A stretch of 64,000 nucleotides of DNA, from sequence record SRR20825006_2332; one strand, written 5' to 3'. This document shows positions 1-8,761 of the stretch, in pieces. The notes beneath the pieces were generated by a model that was given only the letters and a program-made list of their open reading frames with translations, had not been told where the DNA came from and did not search any database. Position 1 is the first letter of the stretch; every line of letters starts with the position of its first letter. The translations under genes and the position numbers were made by a program.

Positions 1-4
1 TCAC

Positions 5-110
5 AACCCGACGCGTGAGCGAGGGACCCACAGGCTCGTTGCAATGACACGCAATCCCTCGCTAACGCTTCGGGTTAGGATTCATTCAACAAGCCGGTGA
101 GCGAGGGACC
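5..110. repeat. REP-like inverted repeat pair plus a partial third copy
   Basis: 5-26 AACCCGACGCGTGAGCGAGGGA and 55-76 TCCCTCGCTAACGCTTCGGGTT are reverse complements at 20/22. A partial copy GTGAGCGAGGGACC lies at 97-110. The element sits just downstream of the 119..1174 gene. Confidence 0.8.
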
Positions 111-118
111 GTATCAAA

Positions 119-1174
119 TCACTCGTTCCAACCATGGGCATCTTGAACGCTTAGCATCGCGGCCAAGATGTCGTTCCAGGTTTCAGGTTTGTGCATGACG
201 TCGTTGGGGAACATGCACCCGTCCCAGCAGATGTGTTTGCAGGTCTGCAGCACATCGCCGTGCTCGTCACGCAGCCAGTAACCTGCGTCTTTGGCGATGT
301 CCAACTTTCCGTTGGGATCATTGGGCAAGCAGTGGCGTCCGGTCTTGTCGTGGCTGCCCGTGCCGTGCACGGTTGCATCGTTCTGTGCAACGTGGAAGTC
401 GATCGTCCAAGGCCGCAGGGCATGGGTCAACTCTTTCAACGCCGCCGCTTTTTTCGCTTCGTCGGACCAATCAAAGTCCTGAGGCAAAATCGCATCTTCG
501 GGAGCGTTGTATCCGAGCAAGTACAACAACGTGTGTGCCATGTCGGCTTGGAACCCGAATCGCTCGGGATGGCCAACGCGTTCCAGCAGATCAACCATTT
601 TTCGCCAGGACTGCATGCCGCCCCAGCAGATTTCGCCTTCGGCGGCGAGTCGTTCGTCGTACTCTTCCGCGATGTCCGACGCGGCTTTGAACGTGTCGGC
701 GATCTTGCTTTGGTTGGCTTCGGGATCTTTGACCCAATCGGCCACGCCCATCGCACTGTCCAAGCGAATGCATCCGTAGGGACGCACGCCAAGCTCGCGC
801 AGCTTCTTGCCGATCTCGCAGCCCTTGCGGACTTGTTTCAAGAACGCATCGACTTCTTCGGGACTGCCGCCCGCACTGCCGCCACCGGTGGGTTCCCAGA
901 CGGGTGCGACAACGGTTCCGATATTCAGCGATCGGCTGCGAACCTTTTCGGCCAAAGCCTCCAGTTCCGCGTCATCGGCGTCGATGGAAACGTGAGGCGA
1001 AAACAAAAACAAATCGACGCCATCAAATTTCCGCCCATCCACTTCCGCCGCAGCGGTCAGGTCAAGCATTTCATCCAAGGGAATTATGGGGTTGGCATCG
1101 TCGTCGCCCTTGCCGACCACTCCGGGCCAAGCAGCGTTGTGCAATTTTGGAAACGAGTTCGGGTGCTGGCTCAT
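119..1174 (-). CDS. Sugar phosphate isomerase/epimerase (xylose isomerase-like TIM barrel, AP_endonuc_2)
   Basis: 351 aa. Metal-ligand pattern [17 protein letters not shown] and WDGC is typical of the family. Confidence 0.8.
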   Translation of the reverse strand: MSQHPNSFPKLHNAAWPGVVGKGDDDANPIIPLDEMLDLTAAAEVDGRKFDGVDLFLFSPHVSIDADDAELEALAEKVRSRSLNIGTVVAPVWEPTGGGSAGGSPEEVDAFLKQVRKGCEIGKKLRELGVRPYGCIRLDSAMGVADWVKDPEANQSKIADTFKAASDIAEEYDERLAAEGEICWGGMQSWRKMVDLLERVGHPERFGFQADMAHTLLYLLGYNAPEDAILPQDFDWSDEAKKAAALKELTHALRPWTIDFHVAQNDATVHGTGSHDKTGRHCLPNDPNGKLDIAKDAGYWLRDEHGDVLQTCKHICWDGCMFPNDVMHKPETWNDILAAMLSVQDAHGWNE

Positions 1175-1425
1175 CGTCGGGAAGTGCCTTTGAACAGAGT
1201 GGGGTCGCGGTCAGGTTGAATCGCAAGTTTAGACGGGAAGTATCGGCCAGATCACCGAAGTGCCTGAAGCGGCATTTGAGTGAATGGGGCGTCGGATTTT
1301 TTCGTTCCCGCGTCACTAGCGTGGACATTGCGACCGCTCGTTGCAAGAACCCCTCGGCGATCCCGTGATGTTAACGACGTGGTACGCCGTCCAATCTGAG
1401 AAGATTCGTCATGAAGCGGATGGCA

Positions 1426-1441
1426 TTGAAAGCGGTTTCAA
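1426..1441. promoter_or_regulatory. Putative LacI-family operator
   Basis: TTGAAAGCGGTTTCAA is a 16-bp palindrome with one mismatched pair and a central CG. It lies about 250 bp upstream of the sugar isomerase start. Confidence 0.4.
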
Positions 1442-1499
1442 CGCATTTGGGCGTCGCCGCTCAGACGGAAAGCATTGGCCTGACGCCTCTCAGCAACGA

Positions 1500-1769
1500 T
1501 CAACGTCCGAGATAAGCGTCCAATTGGTCGGCTTTTCGCATCAAGTACGGCACGTGCTCGTCGGTGGCCTGCACGAGACGCTGCAACTGCCGCAGTTGAT
1601 CCTGGAATTCTTGATTGAATTTTCTTTGCTGATCATCCCGCCAGCTCTGTTCCAGTTGGTTCATCTGCGCCGACAACCCTGTTCCGCGCTGCCGCAGTTC
1701 TTCCGCAAACCGAGCCAACTGCGATGCAAATTGGCGAATTTGATCCGGATCACCGATAGCTTGATTCAT
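1500..1769 (-). CDS. WXG100/ESAT-6-like small helical protein
   Basis: 89 aa, predicted helix-turn-helix. N-terminal DPDQIRQFA, central Trp (SWRD in place of WxG), C-terminal KADQLDAY. No signal peptide. Confidence 0.75.
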   Translation of the reverse strand: MNQAIGDPDQIRQFASQLARFAEELRQRGTGLSAQMNQLEQSWRDDQQRKFNQEFQDQLRQLQRLVQATDEHVPYLMRKADQLDAYLGR

Positions 1770-2470
1770 GAAATCGCCTGAAGAGATTGTTGATAGAACT
1801 GCAAACTCGCACTGAGCCCATGACGGTCGGCCAAGTCGATCAGCAACTTCAAGGCAGCCGAGCGAGTTTTTGCGGGACCAATGACCGCGCGGCGAATCGA
1901 CGCTTGACGCAGCGACTTCATCGCCGCCATGTCTTGGCTGAGCAACAATTGGCAGCGACCGGTGAGCAGGTAAGCTCCCGGCGAATGGGTTTCTGAATCC
2001 AGCAGAGGTTCCAACTCATCGATCGCTTCGTCGTATCGTTCCAGGTCATAGAGAGCTTCCCCCAATACCATCCGCAGATAGGTCAGCGATGGATCTCGGG
2101 CCAACCGGGCACGGCAAACTTTCAGCCGGCAATTCCCCCAATCCGCGGTCGCACGTTCAAGTTCGTGATCCGCGGATGAATTGCCCAATCGAGTCGCCAA
2201 GTCACGGACTTCGACCAATTGCTGCACCGATCGAGCCAACTGGGCTTCTTCAAGTTCCCAAAGCAATGAGGAGTCATCCGGAAACGTTTCATGGGCCTGA
2301 CTCAGAATTTTGGCTGCCTGCAACGGCCGATTTTCTTCGCGATATATCGAGGCCAGTTCCAGATACCCATCACGATCCGTCGGGCACGTCTTCAGATGAT
2401 GTTCCAGTTGCTGACGCCGCGTCGGCCCAGCGGTCGCCTCGCTTCCTTCGTTGGTGGGAACAGCGGTCAT
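1766..2470 (-). CDS. Tetratricopeptide-repeat protein
   Basis: TPR-like segments YLELASIYREENRPLQAAKIL and LGEALYDLERYDEAIDEL. Start chosen at ATG 2470. Stop overlaps the WXG100 start (ATGA). Confidence 0.7.
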   Translation of the reverse strand: MTAVPTNEGSEATAGPTRRQQLEHHLKTCPTDRDGYLELASIYREENRPLQAAKILSQAHETFPDDSSLLWELEEAQLARSVQQLVEVRDLATRLGNSSADHELERATADWGNCRLKVCRARLARDPSLTYLRMVLGEALYDLERYDEAIDELEPLLDSETHSPGAYLLTGRCQLLLSQDMAAMKSLRQASIRRAVIGPAKTRSAALKLLIDLADRHGLSASLQFYQQSLQAIS

Positions 2471-2585
2471 AAGAAACGCTCTCGAGATGAGAATCATGTA
2501 GCAGGGCATTGGCCAGCGAACCGGAACTGAACCGAGACTGACGTTGCCAGAAGAGACCACTTAGTATGGATGACGCGAGCCCGGA

Positions 2586-2602
2586 TTGCAAAATTGCTGC
2601 CC
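2586..2602 (-). promoter_or_regulatory. Possible sigma-54 (-24/-12) promoter for the TPR-WXG100 pair
   Basis: Minus strand reads GGGCAGCAATTTTGCAA, i.e. GG-N10-GC with GGCA and TTGCA, about 115 bp upstream of ATG 2470. Confidence 0.3.
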
Positions 2603-2758
2603 CCCAGTTTGGTTTACCGGTCCGTTCTCGTTGGGAATGGGCTATCATGACAAAGCCGTTCGATGGTTCTCTCGACCTCGATCGTACCCGCCGCGGTCCT
2701 CCCGCACCCTATGCCCCGATTCGCGTTCCCTCCTAACAACAACGCGGCCATGCATTCC

Positions 2759-5700
2759 ATGCGACTCATACTCATCCTTTTTGTTGGCTGCTGCTGCGCC
2801 ACCGCTCAAGGATCGGACGCCCTTCAAACCGCTTTTCAAGATACGGTTCAGCCGTTCCTGCAACAGAATTGTTTGCAGTGCCATGACGACGAAACCGCCG
2901 AAGGGGATCTCGATCTCAGTGCTGACCGAAACATCGACGATGTCGTAAAACGGTTTCGTCACTGGGCGGTTGTCTTGGACCGTTTGGAAGTCGGTGATAT
3001 GCCACCGGAAGATTCCGACGTCCAGCCTTCCGCGGAACAACGCGACGCTGTGATCGCTTGGATCGAGTCCCTCAAAGCGGCGGAAGCAAAACGGACCAGC
3101 GGTGATCCCGGGTTGGTTCTCGCCCGTCGGCTCAGCAGTGCCGAATACGACCGCACGATTCGTGATCTGACCGGCGTCGACATTCGCCCCGCAGCGGACT
3201 TTCCCATCGACCCAGCCAACGAAGCCGGCTTCGACAATTCCGGTGAATCGTTGACGATGTCTCCCGCATTGCTCAAGAAGTACCTTCAGGCAGCTCGCCG
3301 TGTTGGCGAGCACATGGCGATCACACCCTCCGGGCTGGCGTTCTCACCTCACCCGGTGATCACGCCCACCGATCGCGACAAATTTTGCGTCAACCGCATC
3401 ATCGATTTTTATCGGCAACAAAACACTGAGATCTCGGACCATCTGTTCGTTGTCTGGAAGAATCAGCAGTCCTCATCCGCTACTCCGCTCGACCAACGAT
3501 GTCGACAACATGGAGTCAGCGCAAAGTACTGCCGCGTTCTGAACGAGTTGCTCGAGAACAAACGCGACGATGATGATCAACCGACCATCGGTCCCATTGC
3601 GGCGCTGAAACAAATGTGGAACGACGTCACTCAAAAGGACCTCACGGATACCGAAGCTCGAGAACACTGCGACACCATTGCAAATTTCATCGAATCCCTG
3701 CGTGAATCATTGATTCCTGATGTCCCCAATCTGACCGCACCGGACATGAACCCGGGCTCCCAATCGCTGGTGCTTTGGAAGAATCGGCAATTTGTCGCGA
3801 ACCGTCGGCGATTCGCGAAAGATCAATTGCCTCCACTGTCGGATCTGATGAAGAGTTTCGATCCCAGTCGGTTCGAGATCCCAGCACGAGACGCCGTCGT
3901 CACGGCCATGACCGTGCCCGAATCAGAGACCGACCTGGAGGCTTTCTCGCAAGAGTTGGATCAATTCTGCAGCATTTTCCCGGACCAGTTCCTGGTCTCA
4001 GAACGTGCTCGCGTGTATCTGGACCAAAAGAAGGAGAAGAATCTCAAGGGCCGCTTCTTGAGCGCCGGTTTCCATAGCCAAATGGGATACTTTCGCGACG
4101 ACGCTCCCCTTTGCGACTTGATGTTGACTGACGATCAACGCGAGACGCTGGATCGCCTATGGCTGGAACTCGATTTCGTGACTTCCGCTCCCATGCGTCA
4201 ATACGCTGGCTTCATTTGGTTCGACCGAACCGACTCGAAGTTCATGCGTGATCGCGTGTTCGATCGATACCGCGCGGAGGACAAGGACTGCATCGCGGAA
4301 GAGAAGGTCCGTGGTTTGTGCGATGCCTACACAGCAAAAGCTGAACGCGTTGGAGCGAGTCCGAAAGCTCTGGCGGCGATCCGGCGTTATTTCGACGACA
4401 TGTCAAAAACCTTTCGCTCACTCGAAAAAATCCGCAAACAATCCGAACCCGTTCAACTCGAAGCGATGCTGCAGTTTGCCGAGCGAGCCTACCGCCGTCC
4501 GCTCAAACAAACTGACAAGAATTCCCTGCTCGCGTTCTATCAATACTTGCGAACCGAAGGCGAACTTGATCATGAAGAATCCATACGCGACTGCGTCGTG
4601 CGGATTTTGATGTCACCTCATTTTTGCTACCGCGTCGACCCTACCAATCAACTGGCCGACTCCGACGCGAATGCCTCGAAGTTGCCGTCCGGTGTCGAAC
4701 CACTGGACTCGCATTCGTTGGCCAACCGTTTGAGCTACTTCGTTTGGTCGAGCATGCCGGATGAACAACTGATGGAACTCGCGGCACAGGATCGACTGCA
4801 AGAACCTAAAGTCCTCGCCGAGCAGACGCATCGGATGCTGAGTGACATTCGCAGCCAAGGCTTCGTCCGCGAATTCATGGGCAACTGGTTGAACTTTCGA
4901 CGCTTTGATCAACACAAAGGAGTCGACCGAGAAAAGTTCCCGACGTTCACGGATGACCTTCGGCAGTCGATGCTGGAAGAACCACTGAGATTCTTTACCG
5001 ACCTGATTCAACGTGACGGTTCCGTGCTCGATCTGCTGTACGCGAATCACACTTTCGTCAATCGAGAACTGGCATCGCACTATGGCATCGACGAGCAAAG
5101 TTTTAACTCGCTGATGGAAGCGTCCGACTCCGATGACGATTGGGTCCAACTACCCAATGCCAACCAGTACGGACGAGGCGGTTTGTTGCCGATGGGTGTC
5201 TTCTTGACCCGCAATTCGCCAGGACTGAGAACCAGCCCCGTGCAGCGAGGCAATTGGGTTGTCCAGCGAGTCCTCGGCGAGCACGTTCCGGCACCTCCCG
5301 CCGAGGTTCCGGAATTGCCTGAAGACGAATCCAAACTAGGTGACCTGACAATTCGCGAAGCTCTCGCTCGCCACCGGGAGCACCCCAGTTGTGCGGGATG
5401 CCACGAGAGAATCGACTCGATGGGATTGGTTTTCGAAGACTACGGTCCCGTCGGTGAAATGCGAGACGCGGACCTGGGTGGACGCGTGATCGACGCCAGC
5501 GTGGTGTTCCCCGATGGCGGCCAGGGCGACGGCATCGAGGGCCTGAAAGATTACATTCGTCGCGACCGTGAAAAGGACTTCGTCGAACATCTGTGTCGCA
5601 AGCTTTTAGCCTTCGCACTCGGACGTTCCTTGCAGCTATCAGATGAATCCTTGATCGCTGAGATGCAGTCCAACTTAGAAGCCAATCAATACCGTTTTCA

Positions 5701-5806
5701 ATCCATGATCGAAACGATCGTGACCAGCCCCGCGTTTCGCAACAAACGCGTTCAACTCGCCTCCGTCGACAACGCTCCTCATTCAGAAACGGAACCTTCT
5801 CCATGA
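2759..5806 (+). CDS. DUF1592/DUF1588/DUF1587/DUF1585-domain protein with c-type heme motifs
   Basis: Signal peptide MRLILILFVGCCCATAQG. CxxCH motifs CLQCH and CAGCH. Family motifs RRLSSAEYDRTIRDL, LANRLSYFVWSSMPD and TSPVQRGNWV. Start is uncertain (ORF opens at 2663). Confidence 0.85.
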   Translation: MRLILILFVGCCCATAQGSDALQTAFQDTVQPFLQQNCLQCHDDETAEGDLDLSADRNIDDVVKRFRHWAVVLDRLEVGDMPPEDSDVQPSAEQRDAVIAWIESLKAAEAKRTSGDPGLVLARRLSSAEYDRTIRDLTGVDIRPAADFPIDPANEAGFDNSGESLTMSPALLKKYLQAARRVGEHMAITPSGLAFSPHPVITPTDRDKFCVNRIIDFYRQQNTEISDHLFVVWKNQQSSSATPLDQRCRQHGVSAKYCRVLNELLENKRDDDDQPTIGPIAALKQMWNDVTQKDLTDTEAREHCDTIANFIESLRESLIPDVPNLTAPDMNPGSQSLVLWKNRQFVANRRRFAKDQLPPLSDLMKSFDPSRFEIPARDAVVTAMTVPESETDLEAFSQELDQFCSIFPDQFLVSERARVYLDQKKEKNLKGRFLSAGFHSQMGYFRDDAPLCDLMLTDDQRETLDRLWLELDFVTSAPMRQYAGFIWFDRTDSKFMRDRVFDRYRAEDKDCIAEEKVRGLCDAYTAKAERVGASPKALAAIRRYFDDMSKTFRSLEKIRKQSEPVQLEAMLQFAERAYRRPLKQTDKNSLLAFYQYLRTEGELDHEESIRDCVVRILMSPHFCYRVDPTNQLADSDANASKLPSGVEPLDSHSLANRLSYFVWSSMPDEQLMELAAQDRLQEPKVLAEQTHRMLSDIRSQGFVREFMGNWLNFRRFDQHKGVDREKFPTFTDDLRQSMLEEPLRFFTDLIQRDGSVLDLLYANHTFVNRELASHYGIDEQSFNSLMEASDSDDDWVQLPNANQYGRGGLLPMGVFLTRNSPGLRTSPVQRGNWVVQRVLGEHVPAPPAEVPELPEDESKLGDLTIREALARHREHPSCAGCHERIDSMGLVFEDYGPVGEMRDADLGGRVIDASVVFPDGGQGDGIEGLKDYIRRDREKDFVEHLCRKLLAFALGRSLQLSDESLIAEMQSNLEANQYRFQSMIETIVTSPAFRNKRVQLASVDNAPHSETEPSP

Positions 5807-7125
5807 ATCCTGCTGTCAATCGACGAACATTGCTGCGCGGCGCCGGTGTAGCCATGGCTTTACCTTGGTTGGAATCGATCCCAGTTTGGGGCCGCGAAAC
5901 GATGGTCGGGCATGATGCCGCCGAAACCCCACAACGCTTTGCCGCGTTGTTCATGGGTTGCGGGATCAATGCCGATCACTGGTGGGCCAAAGGATCCGGC
6001 AAAGACATGGAACTGGGCAAAAGCTTGGCTCCCATGGAACCGCTCAAGCACAAAATGAACTTCATCACCGGGCTGTTCAACGAGAACGCCACCGGAGTCG
6101 GCATCCACCCGGGGCAGACAGGCAACATCCTTTCAGGTGCGTCGCTTAAGAAGGGTTCGGAACTTCGCGGCGGCATCAGCATGGACCAAGTTCTCGCGAA
6201 TCATTTCCAAAACCAAACGGCGGTTCCAAGTTTGGTTCTCGGATGTGAGCAACCGGTCACGGGATACCACGAGACCAATTTCTCGATGGCGTACAGCTCA
6301 CACATCTCGTGGCAAAACGCGACTTCGCCAGTGCCGATGGAGGTCTACCCATCGCTCGCTTTCGACGCGTTGTTTGACAATCAAGGCAGCCGCCGCAACG
6401 AGAGCATTCTGGACCGAGTAGGTGAGGACGCGGCGTCCCTGCGACGACAAGTCAGCGTGTCCGACCGAGCCAAGTTAGAAGAATTTCTAAGCAGCGTCCG
6501 TGAGGTCGAGAAACGAGCGGCGTCAATGCGGGCTGCACATGCGAAAGCGAGCGACCGAGCGAAAGACCATGGCAAACCGATTCATGCGATGAAACGTCCC
6601 GACGACGGATTGCCGGAAGACATTCGAGAGCACATGCGATTGATGTGTGACATCGTTGCCTTGGGATTCCAAACCGACAAAGCTCGTGTGGCGACACTGT
6701 TGCTCAACCGCGATTTGTCAGGATTGTTCTATCCGTTCCTGGACGTCCAATCGACGCACCACTCCGCTTCGCACAGCGATCGTTCGGATGCCTACGAACG
6801 AATTTCGCGATACTACTGCAGCCAGTACGCGTATCTGGCCGGCAAGCTTGACGCGATGGCGGAAGGCGACGGCACGGTCTTGGATCATTCATGTTTGCTG
6901 TTCCTGTCCAGCATGTGGTCAGGCAACGCTCATGATTCGAGCAAACTGCCCGTGCTACTGACCGGTGGTTTGTCGGGCAGCCTAGAAACCGGACGCGTTT
7001 TGGATTACCTCGAAGAGTCCGACGAGGACCGAAAACTGTGCAGCATGTACCTGTCGATCATGGATCGCATGGAAGTCGAACTCGACGAATTCGGTGACGC
7101 CGAAAAACGCCTCGCCGGACTGTGA
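5803..7125 (+). CDS. DUF1552-domain protein with Tat-like signal
   Basis: N-terminal NRRTLLRGAGVAMALPWLES, plus ISMDQVLA and GTVLDHS. ATGA overlap with the DUF1592 gene, its usual partner. Confidence 0.85.
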   Translation: MNPAVNRRTLLRGAGVAMALPWLESIPVWGRETMVGHDAAETPQRFAALFMGCGINADHWWAKGSGKDMELGKSLAPMEPLKHKMNFITGLFNENATGVGIHPGQTGNILSGASLKKGSELRGGISMDQVLANHFQNQTAVPSLVLGCEQPVTGYHETNFSMAYSSHISWQNATSPVPMEVYPSLAFDALFDNQGSRRNESILDRVGEDAASLRRQVSVSDRAKLEEFLSSVREVEKRAASMRAAHAKASDRAKDHGKPIHAMKRPDDGLPEDIREHMRLMCDIVALGFQTDKARVATLLLNRDLSGLFYPFLDVQSTHHSASHSDRSDAYERISRYYCSQYAYLAGKLDAMAEGDGTVLDHSCLLFLSSMWSGNAHDSSKLPVLLTGGLSGSLETGRVLDYLEESDEDRKLCSMYLSIMDRMEVELDEFGDAEKRLAGL

Positions 7126-7154
7126 TCGGTCTCGGAGCCTCCTCCCCCATCCGC

Positions 7155-7511
7155 GTACGATGGCTTCCAAGCCCGTCGAAATGAACCCCCGAAGGGTCAG
7201 CACGCCCCACACCAGCTCCATGCCGTGCGATGAGTGCCGCCGCAGGTCTTCTTCGGTTCGCGTCCCGTCAGCGCCCCAGCCACCCAGATTTTGCAATTTG
7301 CAATTTACAATTCCACTTTTTCAATCAATCCGTCCTCTCACCTGTCGCCGCTCCGCGGCTTGCCGAGTCGAAGGGGATGACGCTCGAGACCTCGGGTTGA
7401 AAACCCGAGGCTGACAACTGCCACCGCTCCGCGGTTGTTCAATCACCCGAACACACCCAGTCGCGGAGCGACGACAGGAGACGATCGACGGGCTTGGAAG
7501 CCCACCGCACG
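7155..7511. repeat. Nested REP/REPIN-like mosaic between convergent genes
   Basis: Outer perfect 18-bp IR at 7162-7179 / 7485-7502. Heptamer tandem at 7291-7325. Inner IR at 7341-7360 / 7459-7478 (18/20), a third inner copy near 7418-7436, and hairpin CCTCGGGTT-GAA-AACCCGAGG at 7390-7410. Confidence 0.8.
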
Positions 7512-7551
7512 GCGTTATCGGGGTTCACTCGATGAAAGGTTTGAACTCAGA

Positions 7552-8550
7552 TCACTTGCCGCTGTACCAAACGCCGCGACGCCATTGATGCAATTGCAAA
7601 CGACGAAGGAAGTCCTCAGGCAATGCCGGCAAGGCTTCCGTTGCCACGTTCAATGCGACCTGTTCGACATTTCGCATGCCGACGATCACGGTTTGAACCG
7701 CGGAGGGCGACATGGCAAACTGAATCGCGGTAGCGGCCAGTGAATAATGCTCGTCCAATCCGAACTCTTTCAAATCATCGCGAATGGCATCGACTCGCTT
7801 CGCCGTTCGCTGCATGCGATCGCCGGCGAAGTAGCCGGATCGAAAGTCGTCTTCGGGGAACTGGTGGTCGGCTGAGTACTTGCCGGTCAGAGCACCTTCG
7901 TCCAATGAAACGCGAACGATCACACCGGTGCCCGTTTCTTCCGCAACCGGCAACAACTGGGCCGCGGGCTCTTGTTCAAAAATATTGAACACGACCTGAA
8001 CCACGTCGACCAACCCATCTCGCATCAACTGAATCACGCAGTTCTGATCTTGCTCGGGGGTGCACAAACCAATGCGATTGATTTTGCCTTCCTGACGAAG
8101 CTTTTGCAGCACGAGCAATGGTTGCGGATCGTCGTTCCATGCCGATGTCCATGAGTGCAGCTGCAACAGATCGAGGCATTCGACCCCGAGGTTTCGCAAT
8201 CGCTCTTCGACGTTGGCTCGAATGTAGGCCGCACCGTAACGGTCCTGCCAACGGCAATACGGGCTGGGTGGCCAAGGGCCTTCCGAAGGTGGCGTTTTGG
8301 TCGCCACGTGAATCTTTTCGCGGATCGAGGCGGGCAGCTGTTTCAGAAACTGACCGATGACTTGTTCACTGCGGCCGTCCCCATAACCAGGAGCCGTATC
8401 GATGAATGTGATCCCATGTTCGATGGCATGCTGCAGTGCAGCGAGAGAAGCCTCGTCGTCTTGAGCGCCCCATTGTCCACCAAGAGCCCACCCCCCGAAT
8501 CCGAGTCTCGAAACGGGAAAACCATCATGACCAAGGGAGACTTGTTTCAT
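7552..8550 (-). CDS. Aldo/keto reductase
   Basis: SRLGFGGWALGG, FIDTAPGYG, VATK and LDLLQLH motifs. Start chosen at ATG 8550. Confidence 0.9.
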   Translation of the reverse strand: MKQVSLGHDGFPVSRLGFGGWALGGQWGAQDDEASLAALQHAIEHGITFIDTAPGYGDGRSEQVIGQFLKQLPASIREKIHVATKTPPSEGPWPPSPYCRWQDRYGAAYIRANVEERLRNLGVECLDLLQLHSWTSAWNDDPQPLLVLQKLRQEGKINRIGLCTPEQDQNCVIQLMRDGLVDVVQVVFNIFEQEPAAQLLPVAEETGTGVIVRVSLDEGALTGKYSADHQFPEDDFRSGYFAGDRMQRTAKRVDAIRDDLKEFGLDEHYSLAATAIQFAMSPSAVQTVIVGMRNVEQVALNVATEALPALPEDFLRRLQLHQWRRGVWYSGK

Positions 8551-8761
8551 AGCAAACGTTTCACGTGGTGAGATTCGCGGGTGGAAATGGAACGGGTCTG
8601 GAAAGCGATGACGATTATCGGGTCGGTCCGTCTGCCTCAAAAGGAACTTGCCGGCTTTCGAGATGAACCGGACCGATCGTCTCAACTGGAATCACGGTTG
8701 CGTCCGAAATCCTTTCTCAGCGGCGAACCGAGGGTCTCGGTCGGCCCGGTAAGCAGAATCC

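Noticed and set aside
191..1219. 342-aa plus-strand ORF
   Set aside because: Antisense shadow of the isomerase gene, with no recognisable motifs.
1341..1781. 146-aa plus-strand ORF
   Set aside because: Antisense to the WXG100-like gene, which has the better protein features and operon coupling.
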